Shown here piece by piece: positions 28,930-40,329 of a DNA stretch of 64,000 nt. The DNA comes from a virus. Lineage: Duplodnaviria > Caudoviricetes. The notes below the pieces were generated by a model. It ran no database searches. It was not told where the DNA came from and saw only the letters and a program-made list of their open reading frames with translations. The DNA lies in IMG/VR virus record IMGVR_UViG_3300011008_002712; one strand, written 5' to 3'. Within the stretch, counting starts at the first letter, position 1, and each line of letters opens with the position of its first letter. A program made the translations under genes and the position numbers.

Positions 28930-29418
28930 TTGTTATATACGTTAGAATTATCAAACATATTGCCATATGATTTTTATTATTCTCATTCTACACAATATAG
29001 TGCAGAAGAACTTCTTATGGCTGCAATACAATCAAAACAAAATATATGTGATGAAGTTTTAGATTTTTATAATGCTAACCTACAAATTAAAATAAAAATT
29101 TCTAATGGATTACAAGATGGAATACCAGTAAATATATACGCTATTATTGATTACAAAACAAAAGACGTATGTATGGCTACATTTACAGAGCATGGGCCAT
29201 TAAATTATTGTATGTATGGCAAACAAAATGCGTCTAAATGTTCTTCAAAAAATGAAAAATTTATAAATGAAATAGAACCATCGCTTAGATACATGATGAT
29301 CATGAATTATCAAGACATTATCGAATTAAACACAAATATTTTTAGCAAGATTTGCATGACAGATTCGCAAATTCATCAGTTGATTGAAAAATTTAAAGAA
29401 GAACATAAAAAGGAGTGA
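28930..29418 (+). CDS. Hypothetical protein between hen1 and pnkp
   Basis: ORF track. Confidence 0.6.
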   Translation: MLYTLELSNILPYDFYYSHSTQYSAEELLMAAIQSKQNICDEVLDFYNANLQIKIKISNGLQDGIPVNIYAIIDYKTKDVCMATFTEHGPLNYCMYGKQNASKCSSKNEKFINEIEPSLRYMMIMNYQDIIELNTNIFSKICMTDSQIHQLIEKFKEEHKKE

Positions 29419-32000
29419 GGGTTTTGGATAAAGTAACTTATGATATTATTCCGCACACTATATTTTTGACTATTGGCCCGTCTGGATGTGGAAAAACATA
29501 TTTTTGCAAAAACATTCTAATTCCTCAATTAGAAAAACTTTCTCCTCAAGTTAATAGAAACAAAGTATCAATTAATTATGTTTCTAGCGATGATATACGT
29601 AGAAATCTTCTTGGACAACCGGATCTTGATAAGAATCATTATGGAATGCTGACTGCATCTAAACCAGCATTTGATTTGTTATATGCGCAAGTTGATGCGG
29701 CAACAACTTTTCCTGTAAATAGTGAATTTGTGATTGTAGATACAAAAGGAACAAACGAAAATTTCCGCAAGAAAATTTTTGATATTGCATATAAAAATCA
29801 TTACAGCGTTACAGTATTGATTTTTAATTATAAAAAATACGAAGATTATAAAAAGTTCTCAAGTATGAGTCGTTTTACTCAAAAAGATATTGAAAAAGTT
29901 AGAGAAATTTCCAGTTCTGGATTAAAAAGGAATAACAAAATAAGACAAGTAATCAGCATAAAAAGCATAGATTTTGAAGATTCAAAGCCAGAATTGTCAT
30001 TTTCTTTGCATGATTTTTATACGTCTTGTTTTATTGATAATTCTAAAGAAACATTAATTATAAGTGATATACATGGTTGTTATGATGAATTTGTAGAGCT
30101 CCTTGAAAAAAACGATATTAAAGTAGAAAACCATAAAATTACTCAAAATGAACATAATAAAACTATCATAATTAATGGCGATTATATTGACAAAGGGCCA
30201 AAGTCACTCGATATGATAGAATTTTGTTATCAAAACATAAACGATATTTATATAACAATTGGGAATCATGAAAATCGTTTATACAAAGAACTTACAGAAA
30301 ATCTTGAACATATATCAGAGCCATGGTTCGATACATATGATATTATAACTGATGAGTATAAACAAAAATTTATTGATGTTTTTAAGAAATCACTTCCATT
30401 CGTAATGAATGATAAATTTATAGCAACACATGCACCATGTCATTCAAAATATATTGGAAAGGTTGATGGCAAAAGCATTTCTCGTCAGAGATATTATATG
30501 AAAAAACAAGGCAGTACTTCTCTTTATGATGAATTTTCTGAAATCGGATTGTTTGATACAGATATCAGTAATATTACTTATATTTTTGGTCATGTACAAA
30601 CATCTAGCCCAGGATGTGCTATAGACAAAAGAATACTTGCTGATGGCGGATGCGTTATTGGTGGCAAATTGCTGGGAATTGAAATTTCTTACAATGGAAA
30701 GGTATTTAAAAAATATGTAGATTCTCACCAACCAAAAGATGATGAGCTTCTGTTGCTTAAGCCATATCGTTTTATTCAAGACACATCTTCTGATCTTGAT
30801 TATAATAATATGACAGAAAAAGAAAAATCTAGAATAGAATATATGGTCGAAGATAAAGTCAATTTTATATCTGGCACTATGTCACCATGTGATAAAATGA
30901 ATGACCAATTGGAAAGCATAGAATCAGCTATTGATTATTTCAAGTCTCTCAATATCAATGATGTAGTAATAGAACCCAAATATATGGGATCAAGAATGAA
31001 CATGTATTTATTTGAAAAGAATGAAGATAGCTATGCAATATCACGAAATGGATATAAAGTTGGAATCGATATTAATGTGTTGTTTGATAAAATGCGCAAT
31101 ACTTTAAAAGATTTCATTGACTGGAACAAAGTAAAACTCATCATTTTGGATGGCGAATGCATGCCATGGCATGCTATGGGAAAAGAATTGATCAGAGATT
31201 TTAGATTGGTAGATGACAATGTTAGAATTGAAAATCAATTCTTAAAAGAAAGTGGTTTCGAAGAGCAATTCAAAAAAATGCAAGAAAAAATGTGCCAAAC
31301 AGATTTTGTTGCAGAAAAAAATAATATGTCTAAAAAAGAATTGATAGAAAAATATGGGAATTACGATTATGAAAATTTTATGGCATTGTCTGAATACAAG
31401 GAATATGTTTCAGTTGAACAAAAAGATAAATTGATCGATATATATAGAGAACAATTGCATCTTTATGGAGAGCCAGGAGAACTTGACTATAAGCCATTTG
31501 CTATTTTGAAGATAGTTTATAAAGATGGTCAAGAAGAGTGCTGGTATGATTCACCTGGAGAATGGACAAACGAATCAATGTTTAATCTATTAAACAAAGA
31601 TGGATGCTATAGATTTGATTTATCTAATGAAGATGATATCAATAAATGCATCAATCAATTCAGACAATATACTTTTGTTGAAAAATACGAAGGTGTTGTT
31701 ATGAAGCCAAATTCATTAGTTGCTAGCTCTACGATACCATATATGAAAATTAGAAATCCAGAATATCTTACAATTATTTATGGGTTCGATTATAAAGAAC
31801 CTAGAAAATATGAAAAATTATACGAAAGAAAATCAATAAAAGGAAAATTAAAACTTTCTTGTAATGAATGGGCAACTGGATTGAAAATGCTTAGAATTCC
31901 ATACGATTCTATTGATAAATCAAACAACAAGATCAAACATTTGTTTGCTAATTTCATTGTAGAAGACAAGCGTTCAGAATCGTTTGATCCACGTTTGTAA
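29415..32000 (+). CDS. pnkp: Pnkp polynucleotide kinase-phosphatase-ligase
   Basis: GPSGCGKT kinase; DIHG/GDYIDKG/GNHE phosphoesterase; EPKYMGSR and EGVVMKP ligase motifs; terminal DPRL. Confidence 0.93.
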   Translation: MRVLDKVTYDIIPHTIFLTIGPSGCGKTYFCKNILIPQLEKLSPQVNRNKVSINYVSSDDIRRNLLGQPDLDKNHYGMLTASKPAFDLLYAQVDAATTFPVNSEFVIVDTKGTNENFRKKIFDIAYKNHYSVTVLIFNYKKYEDYKKFSSMSRFTQKDIEKVREISSSGLKRNNKIRQVISIKSIDFEDSKPELSFSLHDFYTSCFIDNSKETLIISDIHGCYDEFVELLEKNDIKVENHKITQNEHNKTIIINGDYIDKGPKSLDMIEFCYQNINDIYITIGNHENRLYKELTENLEHISEPWFDTYDIITDEYKQKFIDVFKKSLPFVMNDKFIATHAPCHSKYIGKVDGKSISRQRYYMKKQGSTSLYDEFSEIGLFDTDISNITYIFGHVQTSSPGCAIDKRILADGGCVIGGKLLGIEISYNGKVFKKYVDSHQPKDDELLLLKPYRFIQDTSSDLDYNNMTEKEKSRIEYMVEDKVNFISGTMSPCDKMNDQLESIESAIDYFKSLNINDVVIEPKYMGSRMNMYLFEKNEDSYAISRNGYKVGIDINVLFDKMRNTLKDFIDWNKVKLIILDGECMPWHAMGKELIRDFRLVDDNVRIENQFLKESGFEEQFKKMQEKMCQTDFVAEKNNMSKKELIEKYGNYDYENFMALSEYKEYVSVEQKDKLIDIYREQLHLYGEPGELDYKPFAILKIVYKDGQEECWYDSPGEWTNESMFNLLNKDGCYRFDLSNEDDINKCINQFRQYTFVEKYEGVVMKPNSLVASSTIPYMKIRNPEYLTIIYGFDYKEPRKYEKLYERKSIKGKLKLSCNEWATGLKMLRIPYDSIDKSNNKIKHLFANFIVEDKRSESFDPRL

Positions 32001-32088
32001 AACGCAATAGATTTTGTGAATCTCTTATATTTTCTAACATTAATTATTAAAAATGTAATAGAATAAAATAAAAGAAAGGAAATGAAAC

Positions 32089-32448
32089 ATGAACAAAGAA
32101 GAACTGAATCAAAAAATTTCAACATTAATTGAAAGTTACATTAAAGATAATACTCCAGAACCAAAGATTGTAGAAAAGCCAGTTGAAAAAGTTGTAGAAA
32201 AAGTAATCACCGTTCCAAATGATAAAATAATTTTATCTGCTGATATTTTTAGCAAGATTATCAACATTATTTCTTTTGCAGAAAATCAAAATCTCATCGA
32301 TTCTTTCTTAGAAGATATTTATGCTGACGTAAAAAAGAATAGGACGTCATTGTCTAAAGCTCAAAAAGAAAAACCAAAAAGATATGAACGTCCAAGGCAA
32401 CAATATCAAACAATATTTGATATACTGAATAATAGATATGGTGAATGA
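32089..32448 (+). CDS. Hypothetical protein
   Basis: RBS; VEK repeats. Confidence 0.7.
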   Translation: MNKEELNQKISTLIESYIKDNTPEPKIVEKPVEKVVEKVITVPNDKIILSADIFSKIINIISFAENQNLIDSFLEDIYADVKKNRTSLSKAQKEKPKRYERPRQQYQTIFDILNNRYGE

Positions 32449-32628
32449 TATTCCATACGAAAAGCAATTTGAATATCTTCTAAATAAAAGACAACTAAGA
32501 GAACTCGAAGAACAAATATTGCAATTAGATTTTACAAAAAGAAATTTGAATAAACTTAAAAAATTATTTATTAAATGGCATGTAAAAAAGGGAGTCGGTT
32601 GACTCCCTATTAATTTGAAGGTGATAAG

Positions 32629-32955
32629 ATGAAATTTACAGAGCACACTAAACTTGTTTTAGACAATACATGTACAGTGTTATGGAATCATGAGGACAAT
32701 CAAGTATCTTCTCTGCCAACAAAAATTATCAATGGAGAAACATATTACTTATTGGCAGAAAATGATTCTGTCAAGGTTCTAGAAGGAGCAAATTATAAAG
32801 ATGGGGATAAGTTGTATCTAAAAGATGGATGCAAGAATGAAATTATAAAAGAAGATTTTGATCATTGGAGAGCAATGGCTAAAACATTTGTTTTTAATGG
32901 CGAAGATAAATATATATATCAAAGAAGTAACAACTACTATGTCAGGTGTTGGTAA
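32629..32955 (+). CDS. Hypothetical protein
   Basis: AAGGTGA RBS. Confidence 0.65.
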   Translation: MKFTEHTKLVLDNTCTVLWNHEDNQVSSLPTKIINGETYYLLAENDSVKVLEGANYKDGDKLYLKDGCKNEIIKEDFDHWRAMAKTFVFNGEDKYIYQRSNNYYVRCW

Positions 32956-33392
32956 TGATAAAATTATATTTGATTGTTGTTTTAATTGGTCTTGTGTATT
33001 CTTGTATATCGATGCAATTTGGCAAAATTGATAAAAATAAAGTCGAAAGTTTAAATAACAAAATAGCATTTTTATTAAAGAAACATGATAAAAATTTAAT
33101 AACAAAATGTATAGCGCTTTGTGTTTCCATTCAGTTGCTTATCATTATTTTTAATTACATCTTATTTTCAGAAGTAATAACGTTGTCATATGTTATGATA
33201 GTTGGATGTTTGTCTATCATTTCTCATGTTTATCTTATAATTCGCTCCATTAACATTTTCAATAAATGCATAAATAGATATAAGAGACCATTTTCTGTCT
33301 TTGTAACATGTTTATACAGAAACCCATCTATAGCTTCTAACATCATTTTTGTAGATACATTTATAGTATTTTACACGTTATTGCATATATAA
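32946..33392 (+). CDS. Integral membrane protein
   Basis: About four hydrophobic segments. Confidence 0.6.
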   Translation: MLVMIKLYLIVVLIGLVYSCISMQFGKIDKNKVESLNNKIAFLLKKHDKNLITKCIALCVSIQLLIIIFNYILFSEVITLSYVMIVGCLSIISHVYLIIRSINIFNKCINRYKRPFSVFVTCLYRNPSIASNIIFVDTFIVFYTLLHI

Positions 33393-33414
33393 AAAGAGTG
33401 GCTTGTTGCCACTC

Positions 33415-34263
33415 TTATTTTTTTGATGCAGCTCTGAAATATGCAGGATCTACGCCTTCCATCTGGCACCAGACTCTAATTTGTCTTGGTTGTGGATAAC
33501 CATTATTTCTGATTCTATATAAATCTATTTGTTTACGAACTCTTTCAATTGCTTCCATTTCTGGATCGTTTTCATCTATATCTTCAGTTACTGGTTCGTG
33601 AGTAGTTTTTAATTTAACACCAGAAAATGACTTAAATTTAATATCTACAGATTCTATTGCTTCTAATCCGTTACCAGATTGTTTTTCCCATTTATAAAAA
33701 TCAGCCATACGTTTAGAAATTTGTGTGCAGCAATGATTCTTTGTTGAATTATATGCTTCATCTAAAGCTTTAGCAAGTTCTTCTGTAATAGTTCCAGTAT
33801 TAAGTTCCATCTTAAAATGAACTTTTAGTTCGTTATTATATATACTAGATTCGTCTATAGTGGAAAGAAATGCTGTAGTACGATTAAAAATGTTTTTGCT
33901 GTAGTTTTTGCCATTACGAGAAAGGCTCTTAAAAACATTATCAGCAATATTTTGTACTACTACGTTTGTTACAGTATCTGTAATTTCTTCTTGGAAAGAA
34001 GCATTATTCATATTATCGATTTGCTTTGATAAAATTTTTATCATTTTATCTGCTTGTTCTTTCAGGTTAGGATCTGAAAAATCTGCTAAACCGCCAGAAG
34101 CCAGTTTTGCATTCACATCAAATGTTACATCATATTCTATGATAGCTTCATCTTTTGTGTTTTTAAAATCATCTCCACGATATCTAAATGGCTTATAATA
34201 TGGTTGATCTCCAGCAAATTTATAACGTATTCTACGTCTAATTAAATTCATATTACATCTCAC
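33415..34263 (-). CDS. Hypothetical protein
   Basis: 282-aa ORF; converges on the hairpin AAGAGTGGC/GCCACTCTT. Confidence 0.75.
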   Translation of the reverse strand: MRCNMNLIRRRIRYKFAGDQPYYKPFRYRGDDFKNTKDEAIIEYDVTFDVNAKLASGGLADFSDPNLKEQADKMIKILSKQIDNMNNASFQEEITDTVTNVVVQNIADNVFKSLSRNGKNYSKNIFNRTTAFLSTIDESSIYNNELKVHFKMELNTGTITEELAKALDEAYNSTKNHCCTQISKRMADFYKWEKQSGNGLEAIESVDIKFKSFSGVKLKTTHEPVTEDIDENDPEMEAIERVRKQIDLYRIRNNGYPQPRQIRVWCQMEGVDPAYFRAASKK

Positions 34264-34392
34264 CTTGTTTATTTAAATTGCTATTCTAATTTTAATATAA
34301 ACAAACACTGATGTGATATAACTTAAATTGTAAACCAAATTTTATAATTTAAAAAAAAATAAAGGAAGAATTTCTTCCTTTATCTATATTGT

Positions 34393-35271
34393 TTATTTAT
34401 CTACTTCTACATGAGCATTTCCATTATGATATGTAATTTTTACTTTATGATTTTTTTGTTCTTCAAAAAGACCTTTCATATGATAAAAAAATGACATAAT
34501 ATCTTGATTAATAAAATTTCTTAATGCTTTGTCTTTAATATAAAATCTTTTCTCTGTCCTACCAGTAACATGAATACCATCTCTTGACATTTGTTTCAAC
34601 GCAATATTCCAAGCTTGTAATTGCAAAAATAAATCATTTAATACTGGCAACTTTACTTGTTCTTTTGCCCAGCAGAAGTAAATAAGTGCTATTTTCTTTA
34701 TGTTTAAATCATAACAATTTTGAAAATGATAAGCAACTTTGCCAGGAGAAACATAATAAAAATCTTCATTTGGATATAAATTTGGATTATCTTTTAATTC
34801 AATGTTATACTTTTTGCATATATTTGAAATACATTTTTCCGTATTTGTTTTATACAATTCGCCAATTGTTTCTAATCCATAATTTTCTATATCGAATAGT
34901 GTACAATCTTTATCTTCATCTGGGATTTTATCAACTAAAACAAATTGGCATATTGTACCTTGCCCACTCATACAATGAATACAAAAAATATCGTTTTTGA
35001 ATTTAATGTAAGAATAACCACCAAATTCATGACGCTTAACTTGATTCGCGTTTGAACATATTCCGTATAAATAGAAACAAAAATCCATAAATTGGGTAAG
35101 CGCCATAACAGAAGATAAGCAATCGTATTGATCTTGGTTATATCGAATTTTTTCAGAATCTATAGCATTATTGAATATTGCATTGTCTTTGATTAGTCTA
35201 ACAATTTTTTCGATATTATTAAAATAATTATCTTTTTCTTCGTTTTGTTTTTTTTCTTTCATTCGTTTCAC
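34393..35271 (-). CDS. Hypothetical protein
   Basis: ORF track. Confidence 0.7.
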   Translation of the reverse strand: MKRMKEKKQNEEKDNYFNNIEKIVRLIKDNAIFNNAIDSEKIRYNQDQYDCLSSVMALTQFMDFCFYLYGICSNANQVKRHEFGGYSYIKFKNDIFCIHCMSGQGTICQFVLVDKIPDEDKDCTLFDIENYGLETIGELYKTNTEKCISNICKKYNIELKDNPNLYPNEDFYYVSPGKVAYHFQNCYDLNIKKIALIYFCWAKEQVKLPVLNDLFLQLQAWNIALKQMSRDGIHVTGRTEKRFYIKDKALRNFINQDIMSFFYHMKGLFEEQKNHKVKITYHNGNAHVEVDK

Positions 35272-35329
35272 CTCTATTGATTTATTTTATTACAAAAATG
35301 AAGTGAAATTAATGATTAGGTAAAAAATG

Positions 35330-35848
35330 CTACAGCCCTTGTTGTTTAATAAAAAAATTACTATCTCTATCAGCAAACTTTGTAAAATAATCAAAAAATG
35401 GATTGTCTTTTTTTATAACATCAATGATTTGACATATCAAATCAATAGGAATTGAATACATAAGAACATGCATATATTGTTGCGAAGAATATTTTTCAAG
35501 TAATTTGTGTTCATATAATTTATGCACTTCATTTTTTATATCATTATTGATGACAACATCAAAGAAAGAAATAAAAGTTTTTTTAATCAAAATTTGTGCT
35601 CCTAATGAATAAAGATAAAAATTTTTATATCCTAAATTTTCTCTTTTACTTGGGCAATAGCTGATTCTAAATCTAATAAAATTATCCATTACTTTGCATA
35701 ATCTAACGCAATCAACATCATTCATATCTGGTTCATTCAATAAATTTTCATAATAAGTATCATAAGATCCATCATAATAAATAGGATATTCAAATAATTT
35801 ATCTAATTCATTTAAAATCATACTTTTTCTATCTATTTTTTTAATCAT
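35330..35848 (-). CDS. Hypothetical protein with C-terminal motif (FFIKQQGL*)
   Basis: GAGGA RBS; motif family member. Confidence 0.7.
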   Translation of the reverse strand: MIKKIDRKSMILNELDKLFEYPIYYDGSYDTYYENLLNEPDMNDVDCVRLCKVMDNFIRFRISYCPSKRENLGYKNFYLYSLGAQILIKKTFISFFDVVINNDIKNEVHKLYEHKLLEKYSSQQYMHVLMYSIPIDLICQIIDVIKKDNPFFDYFTKFADRDSNFFIKQQGL

Positions 35849-36012
35849 CTAGCGTATCCTCTAAAAAATTTTATCATTTCAATAAAGCAAATTCTTTTAT
35901 TTAATTATAACATATAACAACGTGAAAATACACAACGTATAAAAAATTCAACATAAAAGTTATTTACATCAGTGTTTTTTTTTGATAAAATTAGACATAT
36001 GAAGGGAGATAT

Positions 36013-36801
36013 GTGAACATGGAGTTTAGACAAATCAAATATTTTTATTATGTTTGTAAATACATGAATTTCACTACAGCTGCAAAAGAAATAGGGATAT
36101 CGCAACCAAATCTTACAACACAAATAAAACATCTTGAAAAAGAATTACATGTTCAGTTGTTTAATAGAACAAAACCATTGGCTTTAACAAACGGTGGAGA
36201 AATTCTGTATAAATATTCCGGTAAAATATTTGATAATGTCTTAAATATAGAACGTGAAATTAATGATTTGCTCAATCAGAAAAAATGCATTAAAATTGGA
36301 GTACCAAATTTATTGCATCCTTATTTTTGCAATTATTTTTACTCAGATAATTTTCAAGGTTTTTTCTTTGAACTATTTGAAGATAAAACTAATAATCTGA
36401 TTAAAAAATTAAATAGTGGAGAATTAGATTTTTGTATATCTCCAGCAGTTAAAAATTACAAAAAAATAAAATTAAGAAAATGTTTATTTAAAAAATATTC
36501 GAAAAGCAAATCTGTTTCAGACGATGTTTTTTCTAAAGTCGTTATTCCATGTGATACCGTATATTCATATTATATAGAAAACAGCAATTTATCTTTTATG
36601 CCAGATGTTCGTACTGACAATTTGATGAGCATAAAATATCTTTTAGATAAAAATTATGTAGCATATCTTCCGGACATGATAGATTTAGATTGTTATGTAT
36701 CTGTTCTTGATGATCATATTCCAATAGAAATAAACCTGCTTTATAAAGAAGAATACTATATGAATCATTCTATTCGAAAATTTTTAGAAAGGATAAAATA
36801 A
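36013..36801 (+). CDS. LysR-family transcriptional regulator
   Basis: NFTTAAKEIGISQPNLTTQIKHLEKELHVQLFNR. Confidence 0.9.
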   Translation: MNMEFRQIKYFYYVCKYMNFTTAAKEIGISQPNLTTQIKHLEKELHVQLFNRTKPLALTNGGEILYKYSGKIFDNVLNIEREINDLLNQKKCIKIGVPNLLHPYFCNYFYSDNFQGFFFELFEDKTNNLIKKLNSGELDFCISPAVKNYKKIKLRKCLFKKYSKSKSVSDDVFSKVVIPCDTVYSYYIENSNLSFMPDVRTDNLMSIKYLLDKNYVAYLPDMIDLDCYVSVLDDHIPIEINLLYKEEYYMNHSIRKFLERIK

Positions 36802-37439
36802 TGTTTGAAGAATATAGAAAAATAAACGAAGATGCATTAAATCAATTACTTTCTATTAATTACAGCAAACCAAATTACACATTTGATAATTTTTCTAAAA
36901 AGCAATATTTGAAATGTATTCCAGAAGATTTATTTACAGACAAGCCAATTGACGGATTTGACGATAATCATTTTAAGTTGATGAACAAACATTTTTTTGT
37001 AAAGCCATATTGGAAGTGGATTAAAAAATTATCTAAGATATTAGAAAACAAATACACTGTGGAAATTTGTGCTGGAACTGGAATGCTGACACTTGCATTA
37101 GAATCTCTTGGAATAGACATCAGAGCTGTTGACAACAATAAAAGAAAATTGCCTCAGATTACAGAAATTATTTTTGATGATGCAGAACATCATTTACAAT
37201 ATAATAAATATGACGTCATGATATGTTGTTGGCCAGAAATGGACAATAGTTTTTATAAATCGTGTAACAATTTTTTAGAAAAAAATCCAGAAGGAGAAAT
37301 TATTTATTGCGGCGAATGGGAAGGTGGATGCACAGCGAATGATAATTTTTTTGAAAATTATAATTTAATGGATTTAGACATTGGATATACTAGTTGTTTT
37401 GGATTACATGACAATTTTTTTCTTGCATATAAGAAATAA
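36801..37439 (+). CDS. SAM-dependent methyltransferase-like protein
   Basis: VEICAGTGML; AVD; CWP; YCGEWEGGCTA. Confidence 0.7.
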   Translation: MFEEYRKINEDALNQLLSINYSKPNYTFDNFSKKQYLKCIPEDLFTDKPIDGFDDNHFKLMNKHFFVKPYWKWIKKLSKILENKYTVEICAGTGMLTLALESLGIDIRAVDNNKRKLPQITEIIFDDAEHHLQYNKYDVMICCWPEMDNSFYKSCNNFLEKNPEGEIIYCGEWEGGCTANDNFFENYNLMDLDIGYTSCFGLHDNFFLAYKK

Positions 37440-37468
37440 AAAATGCTCACTAAATAAGGTGAGCACTT

Positions 37469-38104
37469 TTAACATAAGTTTCTATCTAACTCATTTTGCA
37501 TTTGCATATCTAATCCACATTTTAGCTCTGTCACGGCAATTTTATATTCGTTGTTAAAATTGTCGCATAATATGCCATTTTCAATCATATCTTTTATAAA
37601 TTGATCAATTGTTAGATTATTTTTTGTAAATGTCCAATAAATTGGATTTAGATATGTAATTAATGTTTTTTCATCGATGTGATCCATATTGTTGATTCTA
37701 TTATTTATTCTATTTCTGTGTTTATTAAACATAAAGTATATAAAATAATCTGAATCAGCAAGCATGATGTTTAGTATTTGTTTCTCAAAACTCTTAAAAA
37801 TAAAACCAAAACGATTCATTACATATTGCCTATATGCTTTCGATTCATTACTATATTCAATGAATAATATTTCTGGAGAAGCCATATTTTTTAAACGCTC
37901 GTATAAATTTGCATATATAAAATGTGTATGTGTATAAAACGAATTATCAATGTGCGTGAAATGCTTTAGAAAACAGTAATGGATATGTTTCTTTATTTCT
38001 AATTTGAAATTTAATAGGAAACAAACAAAGCGAATTTCTTCTTTATCAGTAATTAGATATGATTCGTTAAACATAGATGACATCCTTTTTTTACATTTCT
38101 TCAA
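37469..38104 (-). CDS. Hypothetical protein
   Basis: ORF track. Confidence 0.55.
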   Translation of the reverse strand: MKKCKKRMSSMFNESYLITDKEEIRFVCFLLNFKLEIKKHIHYCFLKHFTHIDNSFYTHTHFIYANLYERLKNMASPEILFIEYSNESKAYRQYVMNRFGFIFKSFEKQILNIMLADSDYFIYFMFNKHRNRINNRINNMDHIDEKTLITYLNPIYWTFTKNNLTIDQFIKDMIENGILCDNFNNEYKIAVTELKCGLDMQMQNELDRNLC

Positions 38105-39134
38105 AATCTAATGCAACATTAAGTTTTGTTAGTTCTGTGGAATGTTCATTCATTTCTATCTTCATTTTTATAAACATGTCTCTTGCATTTTGAAGTTCAC
38201 CATTATCAATGTATTCATTAAATTTCTTTATTTGATTTTTAATTCTATCTGGAAATTCTTGTGAGCCTAAAATTTGCACAATAATGTCATCTATACTCAA
38301 TCCATAACAATCACAATAATGACCATTCATTCCAATGCAATTAGCATGCGTTGATGATAAAATGATTGGAGAATGTGTGGTTACTATGAATTGCACATTT
38401 GGAAAATATTTGGATAAAACATCTAAAAGTTTTAATTACCATCTAGCGTGAACAAAAGTTTCAATATTGTCAATTAAAACAATCCCCGGAACTTCATTGA
38501 ATTTTTGATTATAGAAATTAGCAATTTGCATTTGAGTAGCTATAGCAACAAATAAATTCATTAATTTGCGTCTTCCAGCATTTAAATACCTAGCGCCACA
38601 AATATCATCGTTATTTATATAAACGACTTCCAATTGATAATCATCACATACGATTTTGCAATTTTCAAATTCATTCATAAATTTTGTCAACAAATTCAAA
38701 ACCTTCCTATATTCGCATAGATCTCTATTCTCTATATGAGAATAAAAATAATTGAATATAGGATTTATGCCACCAAAATCAGGATTCGGTTTGTTGTCTA
38801 TCATTGTAGATGCTGTATGATTAAATTTGAACATCGTCCACTCATATTCTTTATCAAGAAATGCATTGCAAGTAATTTCTGGCCAAAAAATATCTTTGAC
38901 GTATGTTTCTTTTTCTTTTCTATATTGAAAATGAGCGTCTGTTGGAGCAAAACGAATATGAGGCATGTCTGGGATAGAAATGTTGCTCCCATTCATAGCA
39001 ATAATAATAGAATGCAATAAATTGCTTTTACCTGATCCAGAATCTCCATAAATTATGTTTATACCTTGTTCAAACTTATAACTTTTTTCCTTGAAATTTC
39101 TAAAATTATTAAGTTTAATTTCCTTGATATACAT
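38091..39134 (-). pseudogene. PtuA-like ABC/AAA ATPase interrupted by one in-frame TAA (38436-38438)
   Basis: NFRNF; GDSGSGKS; LIDNIETFVHARW*LKLLDVLSKYFPNVQFIVTTHSP is continuous in one frame. Confidence 0.75.
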
Positions 39135-39222
39135 AACATTCTCCTTATTTGCGAAATTTCAACATATCTGTTATATTAATTATAAAACAAATTGTTTGCT
39201 ATTTACATAAAAATTTGTTATT

Positions 39223-39783
39223 CTAATTCCACAAATCGAAAAAATATCTTTCTAGCAGTCTCCATGCTTTCCTAATTTTTAATTCATCGTTGTTGTTTTG
39301 ATTTTTCATTATTTCAAAGCCAGTAATAATATCATCTAAAATGTATTCGTCTGGTATATATCCTCCATTCCCGTCTGGCCATCCTCCAGATGTGTTTTTT
39401 AATTTTTTGAATCGTGGAATTAGAAAATCCAGAATCTTGCTTTCGAGATTCCATATTTCACTATTATCAAATCCATCTTCACGTCTTTGCTTTATAAAAT
39501 AGGTTTGCCTGTCTACATCATTTTGACATATAATGAGATATGTTTTTTCTGTCAATTTATGCTCATCATTTTCTATTTTATTCCATGCTTCTAATATATG
39601 AAAATCATTTTCTTTGATATCGTCTTGAATTATTTTTTTGATTTTATTCAAATCTAAATATTCATTGCAGCTTGCTTCCCAAGACATGTCATAACTAAAA
39701 GATTGAGTTACAATGAAATTTTTATTAAAAAGAATTAACTTATCTCCAATCTTCATTTGTAATAATCTCCTTATCATAAACAA
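39223..39783 (-). CDS. Hypothetical phage protein
   Basis: GFDNSEIWNL...YFFDLWN. Confidence 0.7.
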   Translation of the reverse strand: MFMIRRLLQMKIGDKLILFNKNFIVTQSFSYDMSWEASCNEYLDLNKIKKIIQDDIKENDFHILEAWNKIENDEHKLTEKTYLIICQNDVDRQTYFIKQRREDGFDNSEIWNLESKILDFLIPRFKKLKNTSGGWPDGNGGYIPDEYILDDIITGFEIMKNQNNNDELKIRKAWRLLERYFFDLWN

Positions 39784-39817
39784 ATCAACTAAAATTAATC
39801 TAGTATAAAACTATAAA

Positions 39818-40111
39818 ATGTGTACATGCAAATTTAAAAATTCTAACGAATTATATCGTGATGGTGTTGTTATGAATAATTACGATGTTTTACTAGGGCA
39901 AATTTGGAATACTGGAGAAAAAATTATTACTATAAAAGGCGATGATGTAGAAGTAAGATATTTTGTTCAACAAGATTTTGTAAAAGGACATATAAAATCT
40001 CATAAAATTAGTTGTCAATATATTCCAGCTTTAATTTATATAAAAAATCAAGACATATTAGATGTCTTTACGCTAATCAAACATTTTGCAGTACTATATG
40101 GAGGGCTATAA
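39818..40111 (+). CDS. Hypothetical protein with C-terminal motif (FAVLYGGL*)
   Basis: ORF track; motif family member. Confidence 0.65.
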   Translation: MCTCKFKNSNELYRDGVVMNNYDVLLGQIWNTGEKIITIKGDDVEVRYFVQQDFVKGHIKSHKISCQYIPALIYIKNQDILDVFTLIKHFAVLYGGL

Positions 40112-40329
40112 TCATGATTTCATATGATAATTCTTACATGGTATGTGATGGATGTGGGAAAACATTCACCTTGTTTAACAATGATTTAGTTATAACATAC
40201 AGAAATGGAGAACCTTTACACTTATGCAAAGATTGTATTACAAATAATGATAACGCAATGTGGACAACTAACACAAAAAAGTTTACAAATACAAATATGT
40301 GTGATAAAATTTAATAAGGATATAGAAAA

